From assembly GCA_010093815.1 (NCBI GenBank), contig ML996587.1: a stretch of 64,000 bases of DNA, one strand, 5' to 3'. The notes beneath the pieces were generated by a model. That model had not been told where the DNA came from. It saw only the letters and a program-made list of their open reading frames with translations, and did not search any database. Both the position numbers and the translations under genes were made by a program. Of the stretch, positions 11,889 to 25,900 are shown one piece after another. Every line of letters starts with the position of its first letter. The stretch's first letter is position 1. Origin of the DNA: Pseudovirgaria hyperparasitica. Its lineage: Eukaryota.

Positions 11889-14159
11889 CCATGGCGGCTT
11901 TAGGTATCGTAATACCCTAGTAGACGCCGGATATACCCCTACTAGTATAGTAGAAACGGCTATATAGCGATATTAATATAGATAGCTAGATACCTATCTA
12001 AAATATAGGAACTAACTAAGGGTGTAAAGTACTATAGATAACCTAGACCGAGGGGACCCTGAGAGGGGAGACCCTTCTAGATAAAATTAAATACTAGATA
12101 ATATATATAGAGAGGGACGCTAAGAAGGGAAAGAAGACCCTCCTTTATATATTCTAGGACCTTATCTAGAATCTAAGAGGAATTACGGAGGAAGAAAGGA
12201 AGTTACCATGAGAGGAACCTAGTAGTAGACTCGACTAAATAGAAGCCAGCCTACGGAGAATCTAGGAAGAGCTATTCTAAGGTGAGCGCTATAACACGTG
12301 GGCTTAGATTATAGTAATACCCGGAGCTACCGTACTAAGGACTACTAGAACTATAGATAGAGTATATAGTATACGTATCGTAATCTAGGATAAGGACACG
12401 CTAGCGTAGGTCTAATAGGCATCCCTAAAGGAAATTATAAATAAGATTAACGAATAGAAAGGAATATAGTCGAGCGTCGTGGCTACTAAAGTTACGCTAG
12501 GTAGGGTAGTACTTACTACTATAATAAATACTACGTAGTAAAACATCTCGTAAGATCCGAATATAATAGGTAGTATCTTCCCCGGCGCGTCTATTAGGGT
12601 AGCTATATACCCGATTATAGTATATATAGTACCCGTACGGGGATAGGCTATCGGAGTAGAGGATATTATACGTATAGAATAATCTAACACGCGAAAATAC
12701 CTAGGGATTAAGATCGTAAAAGCGTGGTAGAAGAACCCATAGGCGATTAAGACGACGGCGAAAAAACACTCTACTATAATCATAGAGCTGCGAGACCCCG
12801 CCCTCGTATAATATATTATATAGAAGGGATTCCTAGTAGAAGGAGAGCTCCTTATAGCCGAGCCATAGGATAGGGCATAGGTAATAATATAGTACTTTAA
12901 CTATTAAGGGTATAGATATACTATATAAAGGTACTTATAGAAGACTAAGTGCGGATAGTACCGTAGAGACTATACTATCTAGGAGTACCCTTATAAACCG
13001 CGAGGAGACGGACTAAGAAACAGGGACATAGTATAGTATTTAAACTATAACGGGAAATACCCGTCGTAGTCGTTAACGTGTATAAAATACAAATAGATTA
13101 TAGAATATATTCGCACGATAAAAGCGAGAGGCGCGAGATAGTTATAGAATATAATACCTACCACGGGCCCTTCCTTTATAACACCCCTAACCTCCCCTCC
13201 GGAAGGTAGTTAGACGGGATAGTAGACTATCCTAAAGATAATAGGACGACTAAAAGGCATAGTTAAAGCCGCTACCGCGCGAGGATAGTCGCGCCTCTAA
13301 GGAATAAGTATATAGGTATATATACTCCCTAGTACCTAATAAGGGACTAGAATATACTCTAAATTATATAGGTAAATATATAATATAAAAGGGAGAACTA
13401 GGCGACGCTCCTCGAAGAGACCGGGGCTATAATACTCGCTATCTAGGAACTCTATAAATACTACCAGACGAGTAAACCAACCACACACCCCGGATACTAT
13501 ACTATACACCCTCTAGAACTAGAAAGACAAGTCCTCTTCTATATTTATAGGTTAATACTACTCTTATTATAGTCGTATACTAAGCGCGATAACCTTAGAA
13601 TAACACTACACCTATAAATAGATATAGGCCCCCTATATATATATAATATATATAACTAATAATATATACTTATACTAGACGAGATACTTAAGGGTACTAT
13701 AGAACTAGAGTAATACATCCTCCTAGGAGACTTTAACCTCTACTACTAATAGTAGGGAGGCCTAGCCGTAGTAAGGGAAGAACTTAGAGTAAGAGAACTA
13801 TATACCCGCTACCACGACTTCCTATACCTACTTACACCTATAGAATAAGTTATATAGAAAAAACATAAATAGGACGAAGACGGGTCTACGCTTAACCTTA
13901 CCTTTGTCACGGAGTATATTAGTTACCGGATCTAATACTACCGCCTAAGCTAGGTATAGACGGATTCCGACTATAAATATATAGAAACCGTAATAAACGT
14001 ATATACCCCGAATAAATAATAGGGACGATAGATATAGAAGGACACCGACTAGGAAAAGTACCTAAAGGACCTAGAATCGGCGATCCTAGATCCCTCTATA
14101 GTCGATATATCTAATAACCTAGCCATAGACTAGGCCGTATAGATACTCCTATAAATATA

Positions 14160-15107
14160 ATAATAATAATAATATTAATATTAGTGTTTAACTAGGAAGA
14201 ACTATATATATAGCCATATATATGCTCCACAGGCTTAGGCCTCCTCTAGTATTAGCTGCTATGTATATAAGAAAACCTCCTATGATTAGCTCCCTAACTA
14301 GACCCTATTACTAACCTAACCTAGCCTAGTCTAAGTCCTCGAATCCCATTAGGTAATAAACTTACTTCTTATCCTTATATTAGGCTTTTATTACTATATT
14401 AGTACCGGCTCTTAATAACGCCCTAACCAACTATAGTAGGTATTACCTTTCTTATAATTGGGTAGGTCGCTAGGCTAGGCCTAGTCTTTTATTTCTATAT
14501 TACCGTGTTTTTTCCTATCTATGGGAATATAGCTTTACGCCGGGTAGTAGTTATTAATTAAGATAACTAATGCCGGAGGGGGTATATATCTAATAGGTCC
14601 ATGCCTTAGCACTAACCCTAGCTAGGCCGAATTCGGAAATTATTCTTCGGGGCTATATAATTATCTATAGATAGGCGGGATACTTAATTAGGTATTACCG
14701 TCTGTTTCGTGGTTACCAAGCCGGAGTAAGCATAAGCTAAGCCGGATTAGGGTAGACAAGGCCCCGGTATATAGTGAAAATTCTATGATTCGAGCTAAGC
14801 TAGTTATGGGTCTAGCCGCTCTAGGCGTCGCTCTACTACTTAAGGTGGCTTGGTAGGTGGCTATATTAGGTAATTCTCATCATGTAATAACGGTATAGTC
14901 ATTTTCACATTACCTAATGGTCGCTTAGGACTAAGTAGTTATATAACGGTAACCTTCACGTTACGTGCTCGCTTAGCCCCGTATACTTTTTAATAGAGCG
15001 TGCGAAAACTAGTATGTAAAAAGGTAGCCGTTATAGGATTCGAACCCATAACGTTAGATAATAAACGCTTCTAGTAACGTAGCATACTACTACTACGCCA
15101 CCTGGCC
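14160..15107 (-). mobile_element. tRNA-derived SINE (about 950 bp) with a LINE-related 3' end
   Basis: 13-14 bp TSD (C)TCCTATAAATATA. Absent from LINE copy L2 (empty site about 46615-46630). Head has an A-box TGGCGTAGTAG (15090-15100) and a B-box GGTTCGAATCC (15036-15046). (TAT)n tail. Confidence 0.82.
15023..15107 (-). promoter_or_regulatory. tRNA-like Pol III internal promoter (A and B boxes) at the SINE head
   Basis: Minus strand reads GGCCAGGTGGCGTAGTAGTAG...ATGGGTTCGAATCCTATAACGGCTACCTTTTT. Confidence 0.75.
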
Positions 15108-18100
15108 TCCTATAAATATACTAGAATACGAGAAATAAACACGTACTATACTAAATATACTAGCCCCTAGAAGTAAAGGGGATTTCTTAAGTACGGGAAA
15201 GTAGATAAGACGCCCGAAGGCTATACACACGTATATACTATATAAGAATACCCGAGTCGTAGAAAGAATAGAAGAAAGCGATATAATAACGCGATAAAGT
15301 CCTCCGTAACGAAAGGCGTAAATAGTAGTATATAATTACTAGTTAATAGACACGATACGTAATAGGGCTATGGCGTATAGCGAAATAGGCTAAGGGCGTA
15401 GACACTCCGACACCCCCGCTACTTATGTCTCCCCTAATATATTAGGGGAGAATATACTCCACGAGCCTTAAGAAAACTAAGGCCCTATAGAAGACCATGT
15501 TCCCTCTCCCGGAACTAGTAGACCTATTAGACGTTCACGGCGCTAAATACCTATACGCGGTAGATATCCCTAAAGAAGTTACGGAGGAGGACATACTTAA
15601 TATTATTAAGATACTCCTAAATGATAAAGCACCCGAACTAGATGGAATTCTAAATTAATACCTAAAAAGTACTATAAAAGCGACCCTACCGCTTATTACT
15701 TATATATTCTAAGCATGCGTCACGTAGGGGTACCACCCCTAGAGCTTCCGAGTTACCTATACTATTATACTCCCGAAACTAGGAAAGAGCCCTAACTCCC
15801 TAAAGGAATAGAGACTAATCGCCCTTCTCTTCTACCTAGGTAAGATACTAGAGGCTACGATAGCGAAGAAGATAAGTACCGCGGTATAGAAATATAATCT
15901 CCTCCCTCCGAACTAGAAGGTAAAGGTAGATAGCTCTCTAATAATAGCTATCTAATATATTATTAAAGTCGTCTAGGCCGTATAGAAATAGGGACGGGTA
16001 GTATCGCTCCTCTCCCTTAATATGGCCGGAGCGTTTAATAAGGTAAACTATATAAGACTTATTTATAATCTCCGGATAAGACGAATACTAGCATGGATTA
16101 TACGCTTTATATAGTTATTCCTTATAGGAAGAATAACTTAGATATATATCCCTAGGTACTAGAGCGAATATAAAGAGACGGTATACGACATCCTATAAGG
16201 GAGCACTATCTCTCTAATCCTATTCCTCTTCTTTACGGTAGACCTTCTTTAAGGAATAAAGTATATAGAAATAGTCGGATACGCCGATAATATATACCTC
16301 CTAGCTATTAATAATAATACTAACCAAACGTATAGACGACTAGAATAGAACTATAAGAGATACCTCTAGTAGATAAAACGCCACGGAGTAAAGTTCGCCC
16401 TAGAGAAATACTAGCTTATATACTTTATTAACTATTAAGGGAAATAGATAACTAGGGAAGGCGAACGACGCCCCCGAATCGACGTATTTAATAAATTACT
16501 AGTATAAAGTATACGCGCGCTTGGAGTTATACTAGATAGTAAGCTTAAATAGGGACTATAAGTAGCATACGCCGTCTCTAGGGCCCTCTAGATAGAAGCC
16601 GCTATATAATAGATTATAGCCTCTACGTAGAGAACCGCCTAGGATAAGGCACGCTAGCTATATATATCTATAGTACGACCCGCCTTTACGTACGGATACG
16701 AGTACTAGTATATAGCCCTTATATAGACTAGGCGAATAAAGATCGAATCTATATAGAACCGTATACTCCGTCTTATATTAGGCGTATATAAAGCTACTAA
16801 CACGGTACTACTACGACGCGAGATAGACGTTATAAGTATATATAACTTCTACTAGATATAGAGGGTAGTATACTTCACTAAATAATAAGTATAGAAACGT
16901 ATAGAAAACGTAGAATATACTTTTACCGCGCTACGCGTACGAATTAGTATATATTACCGCGCACTTCTATATATAGGCCGGAATCGAATACGGTATAGGT
17001 GCTTAATAGAAGCCGACTCTAGCTAAGTAGTATAAGAAGTCCGAGATAACCTAGACGCTCTCCTAGACTAGTAGAGCCTTTAAGAACTCGTAAAAAATAT
17101 ATAGTCGTGGACTTAAGATACGTAGAAAGAGGCACTCCGTGCCTACTAGACCTCCTAGTAGGATAGGTACCTAGAGTGGATTCGAGGGCTATAGAAGGAA
17201 CCGAGTAAATAGATATATAAAGGGCTAACGAAAGCCTAAGTATCTATACTTATCTAAGCCCGAACGGGCGCTATAGAACTTCTATACTATATCTATAAGA
17301 GAGGCGTTCCTAATACCTCTCTATAGTATAAGGCGTATAGCCGGAGAGGTATAATACGCTACTATCTAGCTATATACCCTAACCTCTATATATAACGGTA
17401 ATAGCTTATCCACGTCATGAAGACTTTAGATATCGCACGATAGCTTAATAAGTACTCTAAGGACGTCTCCTAATAGATACTTATATATCTACTACTTCTC
17501 TAGTACTAGTGGACCCGGAAATATATACTAGAAGAGACCCGGTATACGCTAGTAGTAACCTAATATATACCGGAAGAACCCCGGGAGAACCTCGATTATT
17601 AGTTAAGGGTAGCCCTTAACTAATAACCTCTATATCTATACGTGCTACCTAAGAGCGAAATAACGGTAATATAGGCTATAGGCTAATAGGTGTACTCTAT
17701 AGCTATATACTTAAGACGAAATAGAGGTTTAACGAGATATAGTTATAGATATAAGGAAGTTTTTCTCTATAGGGTTTCTTCTTATATAGTAGCTTAGACT
17801 AGAGAAGGCATAGGCCTATAGAGTACTACTCTACCTAGTTATATAATATTATTATTATTATACTTTAATAACCTCTAGAAAGAGCTTATAGTACTCTCTA
17901 AACTCCCTATATATAGAAGCTAGATAACTACTAGAACCGCTAAGAGTCTTATAGATATAAAGATTATTATATATATCTTATATATAAATAGAAATCTAAA
18001 AATATATTAGTATAGATAACTTTAGATTACTCTAGACTAAAATAGTCTAATAGACTTATCTAAAGATAAACTTTACTAAGAATAGTATAGTAGTAGTAGC

Positions 18101-19142
18101 GGGTAGAGACCTTAAAGATTAGATATATAGATCTATTATAGTTAGTAGAGTAGTAGCTAATACTAGAGTTAGAGTAGAAGAGATATTTAGAGCTAGTTAT
18201 ATAAGTCTTAATATACTTAAAGTATATTAAACTATAGTTTACTATTTTTCTATAGTATAAACTATAACTATATTTAGTACCTTTAGTGACCTAGATCTTA
18301 TTATTACTAGGGCTAGATTTAGAGTAAATATTAAGGTCCTAAAAGAACCTAGAGTAACTAAGTTAGTCTATATTAGACTAAAAAGAGAAATAGTATTTAG
18401 AGTAGAGTAGTAAAGATATAAACTCTTAATTATTATCTATAATAAGATCTTCTTTATCCTCTAAAGAAGATAGAGTAGATAGATAGTATAAGTAGATATA
18501 GATAGGCTTTCTAGCTACCTATTCCGTAATACTAGTACTAGAATTATCTAGATTAGAGTAACTAGTAACTATATTAGTAGTAATAGTAGTAGTAGTCTTA
18601 GCTATCTTCTTCTCTAACTTAGAGTACGCCTTTATACTACTATAATAAGTAGATTTTTTAGCTAGTATAGCCGGGATAGAGATAATTTCTTTAGAGTAAG
18701 TCTTATAAGAGAAGAAGATAGGCTTAGAAATAGAACTAGTATTAGATATCTATATATATATATTAGCTAGAGATCTAAGAGTAGAATACTTACTTAGCCT
18801 TAAAGGCAATTAAAGAAGCTAAATTAGTAACTATAATAACACAAATAGATTATATAGAACTAGCTCTAATAAGAATAGACTACTCTAGACCTAAATAGAT
18901 CTAAACTAAAGGAGATAGTATATAAATTAATAACTTACCTTAAGAGTAAGATAGATATACTAAAGAAGAAAATTTAGAATAAGAGAACTAAATATAAGCT
19001 TAGTTAATATAGTAGTTATATAACCCGTAGAGCTACCTCTAAGATAGTAGCTAGAAAGTAAGAGATAAGCGCGTATATAAATAAAAGTAAACTAAAGTTT
19101 AAGTTTACTAATATAAAGACTATTAATAACGTTATATAGACT

Positions 19143-19791
19143 TATTAAAGTTTTAAAAGGGTATATATAAAATAGATATATATAATACCCTTAGGAGGAT
19201 AGGTAGTGTAGAAGGTATCTTAAATGAATAAGACTAAGGGACATAATATATAGTATATAAAGTATATTTAATTAAAAGACTTAAAGAGACGACTATCTAT
19301 GGCTATAGGAAGGTCTATATATATATAATTTACGTACGTTATTATTAAGAATTAATAATATATATTAAATGGTATACTAAATACTAATAGTATTCTATAA
19401 CTATCCGATTTAGTCCATTTTAGTACGCTAAGAGTTAATATATTAATTAATATATTATCTCTATCCATGTACTTCCGATTCCTACTTAATCTAATATAAG
19501 CTAGTACTAGCTTATATTAATATAAGTCTCCTAGTCTATAGTCTCTAAGGAAGTTATAGAGTCTAGTCTAGTCTCTAGAGTAGAATAGAGCTAGTTACCT
19601 CTAGAGTAGAGTAGAGATAGAATAGCTCTAGAGTAGAGTAGAACTAGAACTCTTCTATAGAATACTAGAGAACGTACTTCTATAGAATAGAATAGAGTAG
19701 AGCTAGACTCTTATTCTATATAACTTATATATTATATATAATAGATTATAAGGTTATTATATATATAAAACTTATATATATAAAACTTATA
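19143..19791 (-). mobile_element. Solo LTR of the Copia family
   Basis: Reverse complement of 36074-36708; 5-bp TSD AGACT at 19138-19142 and 19792-19796. Confidence 0.88.
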
Positions 19792-19959
19792 AGACTTAAT
19801 TAGATATATATATAAATATAATACTTATAGAATTATAGATTTATATATAGCTAAGTACTTTAGAGCAAAGTATAAAAAGAAGAAGAATATTATTAGGGCT
19901 AATACTAGAGTAGACGTAACTAGACTACTATACTCTAGTATAGTCCGTAATAGATAGAC

Positions 19960-22900
19960 TGTAAGAATAGGGTTATTGGATAGTAGTGTAGCCAGATAGA
20001 ACAATAGGGTGTATTCTATCATAGAATAAATTACTACCGAACCCTTTCGGTAGGAATTCGAGAGTATATATATAAAGGGACGCCGATCTATCTAGCACGT
20101 AACTATTTACCGCCCTTCACGTTATCTCCTAACCCTATTAGCTAAGGTATATATAGGTCGAGTCCTACCTAAGGCTAAGTCCTAATAATTATCCCTTCCC
20201 TCTAGGAAGCTACCCTTAGCGACCTAGATTATTACCTATCCCTATATCCCTATCCTAAGTCTCGTAAGACCTTAGTCGTTCTCTACGCTTCATCTTAGAT
20301 ACTTACTAATATTCGCCGATCTAAGATTTATATAAGCGTTTCCTAACAAACTAGATTTTATCCATCTTAACTTCTTATATAGGTGAGATTACCTAATTAG
20401 GCCTAGCGTATCACGTGATATAATTAGGTAAGCCCGGGTACTACCTATATTAAAATCTTTTCTTAGAAATATTCCTTTCTTTAAAAAACCTCTTAACTCT
20501 TTATAGAGTTTTTTAGATTATTAGGTATATCACCCGATCCTTATAGACATAGATTTATATAGATTTACTATAATTTAGTGCGATTTACGTAATTTACTAA
20601 TTTTCGTACTATCCTTAGCTAGTAATAATATAATTCGTAATAATCCGTATAAATTAATAATAATTATAATATGGTTTCCCGAAATCTCGACGCTCTAAAG
20701 TAATTAGTACGGAAATAGGCGCCTTTAAATAATCCCTATCTCGTATACGTTACCGATATGTCGAAAGCTATTAATCTACCCCGACCTAGGCCGGGCTCTA
20801 ATAATCTAGCTATATATTATTATAGTTATCGCTTTCCGTTGTACGTTGCTCACGGTAGTACTAAATCTATAATATATAGTACTTATATAACTAAGAAGCG
20901 TTATTACTTATAGATATTTAAGTAAGTTTAAAGAACTTTACGTAGATTTACTTATATTAGTATAGATTACTACTAGGCCTCTAGTAACCCCTACTAATAA
21001 GNNNNNNNNNNNNNNNNNNNNNNNNNNNNNNNNNNNNNNNNNNNNNNNNNNNNNNNNNNNNNNNNNNNNNNNNNNNNNNNNNNNNNNNNNNNNNNNNNNN
21101 NNNNNNNNNNNNNNNNNNNNNNNNNNNNNNNNNNNNNNNNNNNNNNNNNNNNNNNNNNNNNNNNNNNNNNNNNNNNNNNNNNNNNNNNNNNNNNNNNNNN
21201 NNNNNNNNNNNNNNNNNNNNNNNNNNNNNNNNNNNNNNNNNNNNNNNNNNNNNNNNNNNNNNNNNNNNNNNNNNNNNNNNNNNNNNNNNNNNNNNNNNNN
21301 NNNNNNNNNNNNNNNNNNNNNNNNNNNNNNNNNNNNNNNNNNNNNNNNNNNNNNNNNNNNNNNNNNNNNNNNNNNNNNNNNNNNNNNNNNNNNNNNNNNN
21401 NNNNNNNNNNNNNNNNNNNNNNNNNNNNNNNNNNNNNNNNNNNNNNNNNNNNNNNNNNNNNNNNNNNNNNNNNNNNNNNNNNNNNNNNNNNNNNNNNNNN
21501 NNNNNNNNNNNNNNNNNNNNNNNNNNNNNNNNNNNNNNNNNNNNNNNNNNNNNNNNNNNNNNNNNNNNNNNNNNNNNNNNNNNNNNNNNNNNNNNNNNNN
21601 NNNNNNNNNNNNNNNNNNNNNNNNNNNNNNNNNNNNNNNNNNNNNNNNNNNNNNNNNNNNNNNNNNNNNNNNNNNNNNNNNNNNNNNNNNNNNNNNNNNN
21701 NNNNNNNNNNNNNNNNNNNNNNNNNNNNNNNNNNNNNNNNNNNNNNNNNNNNNNNNNNNNNNNNNNNNNNNNNNNNNNNNNNNNNNNNNNNNNNNNNNNN
21801 NNNNNNNNNNNNNNNNNNNNNNNNNNNNNNNNNNNNNNNNNNNNNNNNNNNNNNNNNNNNNNNNNNNNNNNNNNNNNNNNNNNNNNNNNNNNNNNNNNNN
21901 NNNNNNAACTTTCTAAGGAAGTTCCTTAATTCCTTAGAATGTTTTAAAGATCTATATCTCTTTTACCTTCTTCCTTTTAGACGGCCGTCCTTAGCGCCGA
22001 ACTATACTAAAAAACGTCGAATCGCTATACTTTAGTATAATTCTCTACGATTCCGCGGCTTCCTTTACTAATTACTACTTATATACTAATATCGCTACTT
22101 TACTAATATTTATTATAGGTTCCTAAGTATCTTCGTTAGGATTATACCCTTTCTAATAAATTTTATATAGCTACGTGCTATCTTCGGCACGTTATTAGCC
22201 TAGTATCTACTTAACTTTATAGATATCCGTACCTCCTTACGTAACTACTTTATATAACGTCTATTCGGAATAATCCGGTAACGATAAGGCATGGAATAGC
22301 TCGAGAAGCGTAATATAGAACACATTATATATCTTTAATATAGGAGGGAGTTTTAACTCATACGCCTAGTTATTAATTATACGAGTAACCTTAAATAGAC
22401 CTATTATTATATAGTTAAGCTTCTTCTTCGGCCTAATACTATAAATATTCTTACTATTTAGTAAAACTTTATCTCTAATATTAAAGATCGTAGGCTTTCT
22501 ACCCTTATCATAGTACGATTTACTATAATCTATAGTATCTTATAATAACTTTATAACGCTTCTTTACGTTTAGAATAGTTCTATTATAATCTCTATCGCC
22601 TTAACGTTAGGCTACTCTAATTTATACTAAGTTCCTATAAACTACGCTTTATGGTTTCGACCGAAGTTTACTTCGAACGGACTTACGTGGGTTAACGTAT
22701 ATCGGCTATTATTATACGCGAATTCCGCGATATAGACTAACCTTACCTAGTTATCTTACTTATAGTTATAATATACGCGTAAATACGCCTTAACTATCTA
22801 ATTCTACCGCTCTATCTATCTATCTATTTATAGGTGGAACGCGGTGCTAAGTTTCCGCTTAATTCCTAGTGTATAGTAGAAATCCTTCTAAAATTTAGAC

Positions 22901-25900
22901 GTTATCTACGGATCTCTATCCGAAACTATACCGTTTAGTATACCGTAGAGCCGGACTACGTTATAGAGTAGTATATCTATAAGATTCGGTGCTTAGATCG
23001 TCTTCCTTATAGGGATATAGTATAATATCTTTATAAATCTATCTAGAACTACGAGTAAACTATTATAAATGTATCTAGAATACTTACTTAGGGGTAGATC
23101 TATAATGAAATCTATTAATAATTCCTTCCATGCCTCCTTTAGTATAGATAATGGCCTTAATTCGCCTATATAGTAAGTATCTATACACTTTCGTATACTA
23201 GCAAACGTTATACGTTTTTATGTAGTCCTTTATATACTTATAAAGACCTAGCTAGTCGTATATCCTTCGGATTAAATCGACTATCCTTATAACGCTAAAG
23301 TGTCCTACTAATGTATAATCGTGCTATTCCCTTAAAATATCGATTCGTAAGCCGCCCTCCGGCATATAGAGTCGGCCTTAGAAGTAGATTATATCTGATT
23401 ATCGTTTCTATCTTAATAACCACGGCGGTTCTATAGCGATTCCCTTCATGCTTATAACTTTCTTTACTAATATATTAGAATTCTAGGTAGATTTAATTAA
23501 GTCTTTAAGGATTTACTCTATTTCTTAGACGTTAGTTTAGATTACTTAATACCCGCTCTAATTCCCGCGGAGAGTCGCCGAAAGTATCCTAGCTTCCGGC
23601 ACTCTATTAGATAACTAGTCTTTTAGTATCTATAGTATAGTATAGTCTAAATTATACCGACTATCTACGTTATTCTATAACGATTTCTCGTAATCTTTAC
23701 GCCGTAATAGAGGATCTACTTTATTCTCTCTTCTAGCTTTATATAAGATTTTAAAGTTAAATATTAATATCTACTTAGCCTAACGTACTTATTGGCGATT
23801 AAGGACCTTAGTCGATATAAAGTAACGTAGATTTATATAATCCGATAATAATTTAATCTAATATATAGAGCCTTCTAAATAATATCGCCATTACTTAAAA
23901 CTCTCGATAATTATAAGTAGTTCCTAGTTATACGTGTTATAACGCGTCTCTATATCCGCTATTTTACGGGAAAAGAAGGCGACCGGGTGCTATTATACCT
24001 TATCTTTCGTATCTTTATACGGTTAACTAATAATTCTAGTAATTACGAATCTAGATGTGTCTATTTCGACCTAAATATGCTTCTTAGAATCGAAATATCT
24101 AAGGATCGGTATAGTTATAAAGTAATTCTTTAACGATTAGAACGCATCTCGCGCTTCCGGCGTTAACTATATCTTAACCGACTCCGCTTTACGCTATACT
24201 CGCCCACCTATAGAGATTTTACCGCCATTTTCGGTGAGTTTATTAAGCGGCGCCGTAATTTATAAGAAACCTATAATAAATTTATAATAATAGTTCACGA
24301 AACCTATAAACGTCCTAATTTAACGTATAGTAGTAGATTCTAGCCATTCTATAATGGTCTTAACACGCTCTAGCTCCATTTTAAGGCCGCCGTATATTAT
24401 AATAAAGCTAAGAAACCCAACTTCTTATTAGTAAAACTTATATTTAGATAACTTTACATAGAGTTTATACTGTCTTAAACGATTTAGTACCGATTTCACA
24501 TGTTCTTCGTAATCCTACATACTATTAGAGTAAATTAGTATGTTATCGAGGTAAACTACGTAGATTATATTAAGTAATCCTATAAGTATAGTATTAATAT
24601 ATCCTTAGAATGCTCCTAGCGTATTTATTAGCCTAAACGGTATAATAGTATACTTAAAATAACCATATCTAGTCCGAAATGCGGTTTTCTACTAATCTCC
24701 GCGACGGATTCGAAGCTAGTAATATATATCTTATAAATCTAGCTTCGTAAAGTACTTTACCTTCGTTAATTAGTCTAAAGATTCACTAACTAACGGCAAT
24801 GGGTGACGATTCTTCTTAGTCACCGTATTTAGTACTTGATAGTCGACGTATAGACGTAAACTTCCGTCTTTCTTCTTTATAAAGAGAATAGATACGCCGG
24901 CTAATAACATACTATAACGTATCTAGCCTCTTCTAAGATATTCTTCGATATATTTACGAAGAACTTCGAGTTCTAGTCTCGAAAGTAGGTAAAGTAGACT
25001 ATAAGGGACGTCTACTCCCTCTTTAAGCTCGATCTTTAGCTTATATAGTCTATAGTCGGGGAGAAGTAACGCGTCTCCTACCGAAAACACATCCGTATAC
25101 TATAAATATATGTTAGATAGCGTGTCTTTACCCCGATTATTACTATCCTCTTCGTCTTCGTCGACGATTAATAGAGATATAAGATAGATTAGCGATAATT
25201 AGATCCGCATGGTAAGGTTCCATGCCTCCTTACTAATAGTTATAACTTACTAGTATAATTTACCGCGATGTCGACGGAACATTAATATCTCCTTCTAAAA
25301 ATCAAGGATTGGATTTAGACGTTTAAGCTAAGGCATCCCTAGAATCATATTCTATTAGCTAATATTAGCCACGATAAATTTATTAGATATCTACTATTTT
25401 ATTATCTTTAAGTCATGAACTTCGTAATTTATTATAGTTTTACCTAAAGTTCTAACTTTATATCTATTAACTACGATAGTTCGGCTAACTTTACTAAGAT
25501 TATACGATAATCTATACTCCTTAGCGAGAATCAACGAAATATAGTTATCTTCTATACTAGTATCCACGAGGGCCTATATAGTTTTATTACTATTTACTAT
25601 AGGTAATAATACTTTTAGTAATATTAGGTCTTTACTCGCCAGAAGGCGCTATGGCTCCTCCTAAGTATATATAATTTAGCTAAGAACGCGGTTAGGTCTC
25701 GCGTACTAGTCTATTCTTTTTTCGGATTCTTATAGTTAGGCGAAATATATCCCTTTTCTCTATACTTATAGTAATAAAGTGCGCTATAATCCTACTATTT
25801 TACGATAGGCGTTATATTTAAGCCTATACCTTATCCTTTTCTATGTTAGGAACTACCGCCTTAATTATTTTAGTATCCTCTTAACGCGTTTCTACCCTAA

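Larger units (their letters stand above)
11623..17860 (+). mobile_element. Full-length Tad1-like LINE (L1), RIP-inactivated, containing a SINE insertion
   Basis: 16-bp TSD TTATACTTTAATAACC at 11607-11622 and 17858-17873. ORF1 ATG at about 11891. ORF2 APE endonuclease motifs (GDFN about 13726, DSDY=SDH about 13960), RT KAPELDG (=KAPGPDG) about 15625 and YADN (=YADD) about 16280. (TAT)n tail. Confidence 0.92.

Noticed and set aside
12412..12783. 123-aa hydrophobic minus-strand ORF (and its twin at 57008-57286)
   Set aside because: Antisense shadow of RIP-mutated LINE ORF1; the Ile/Tyr richness is a RIP artefact.
15023..15107. Functional tRNA gene
   Set aside because: Stems are disrupted, no anticodon can be assigned, and it is the head of a TSD-flanked insertion.
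19825..20022. Small ORFs 19825-20022, 26798-27019 and 34438-34653
   Set aside because: Chance frames across LTR junctions or antisense to RIPed TE genes.
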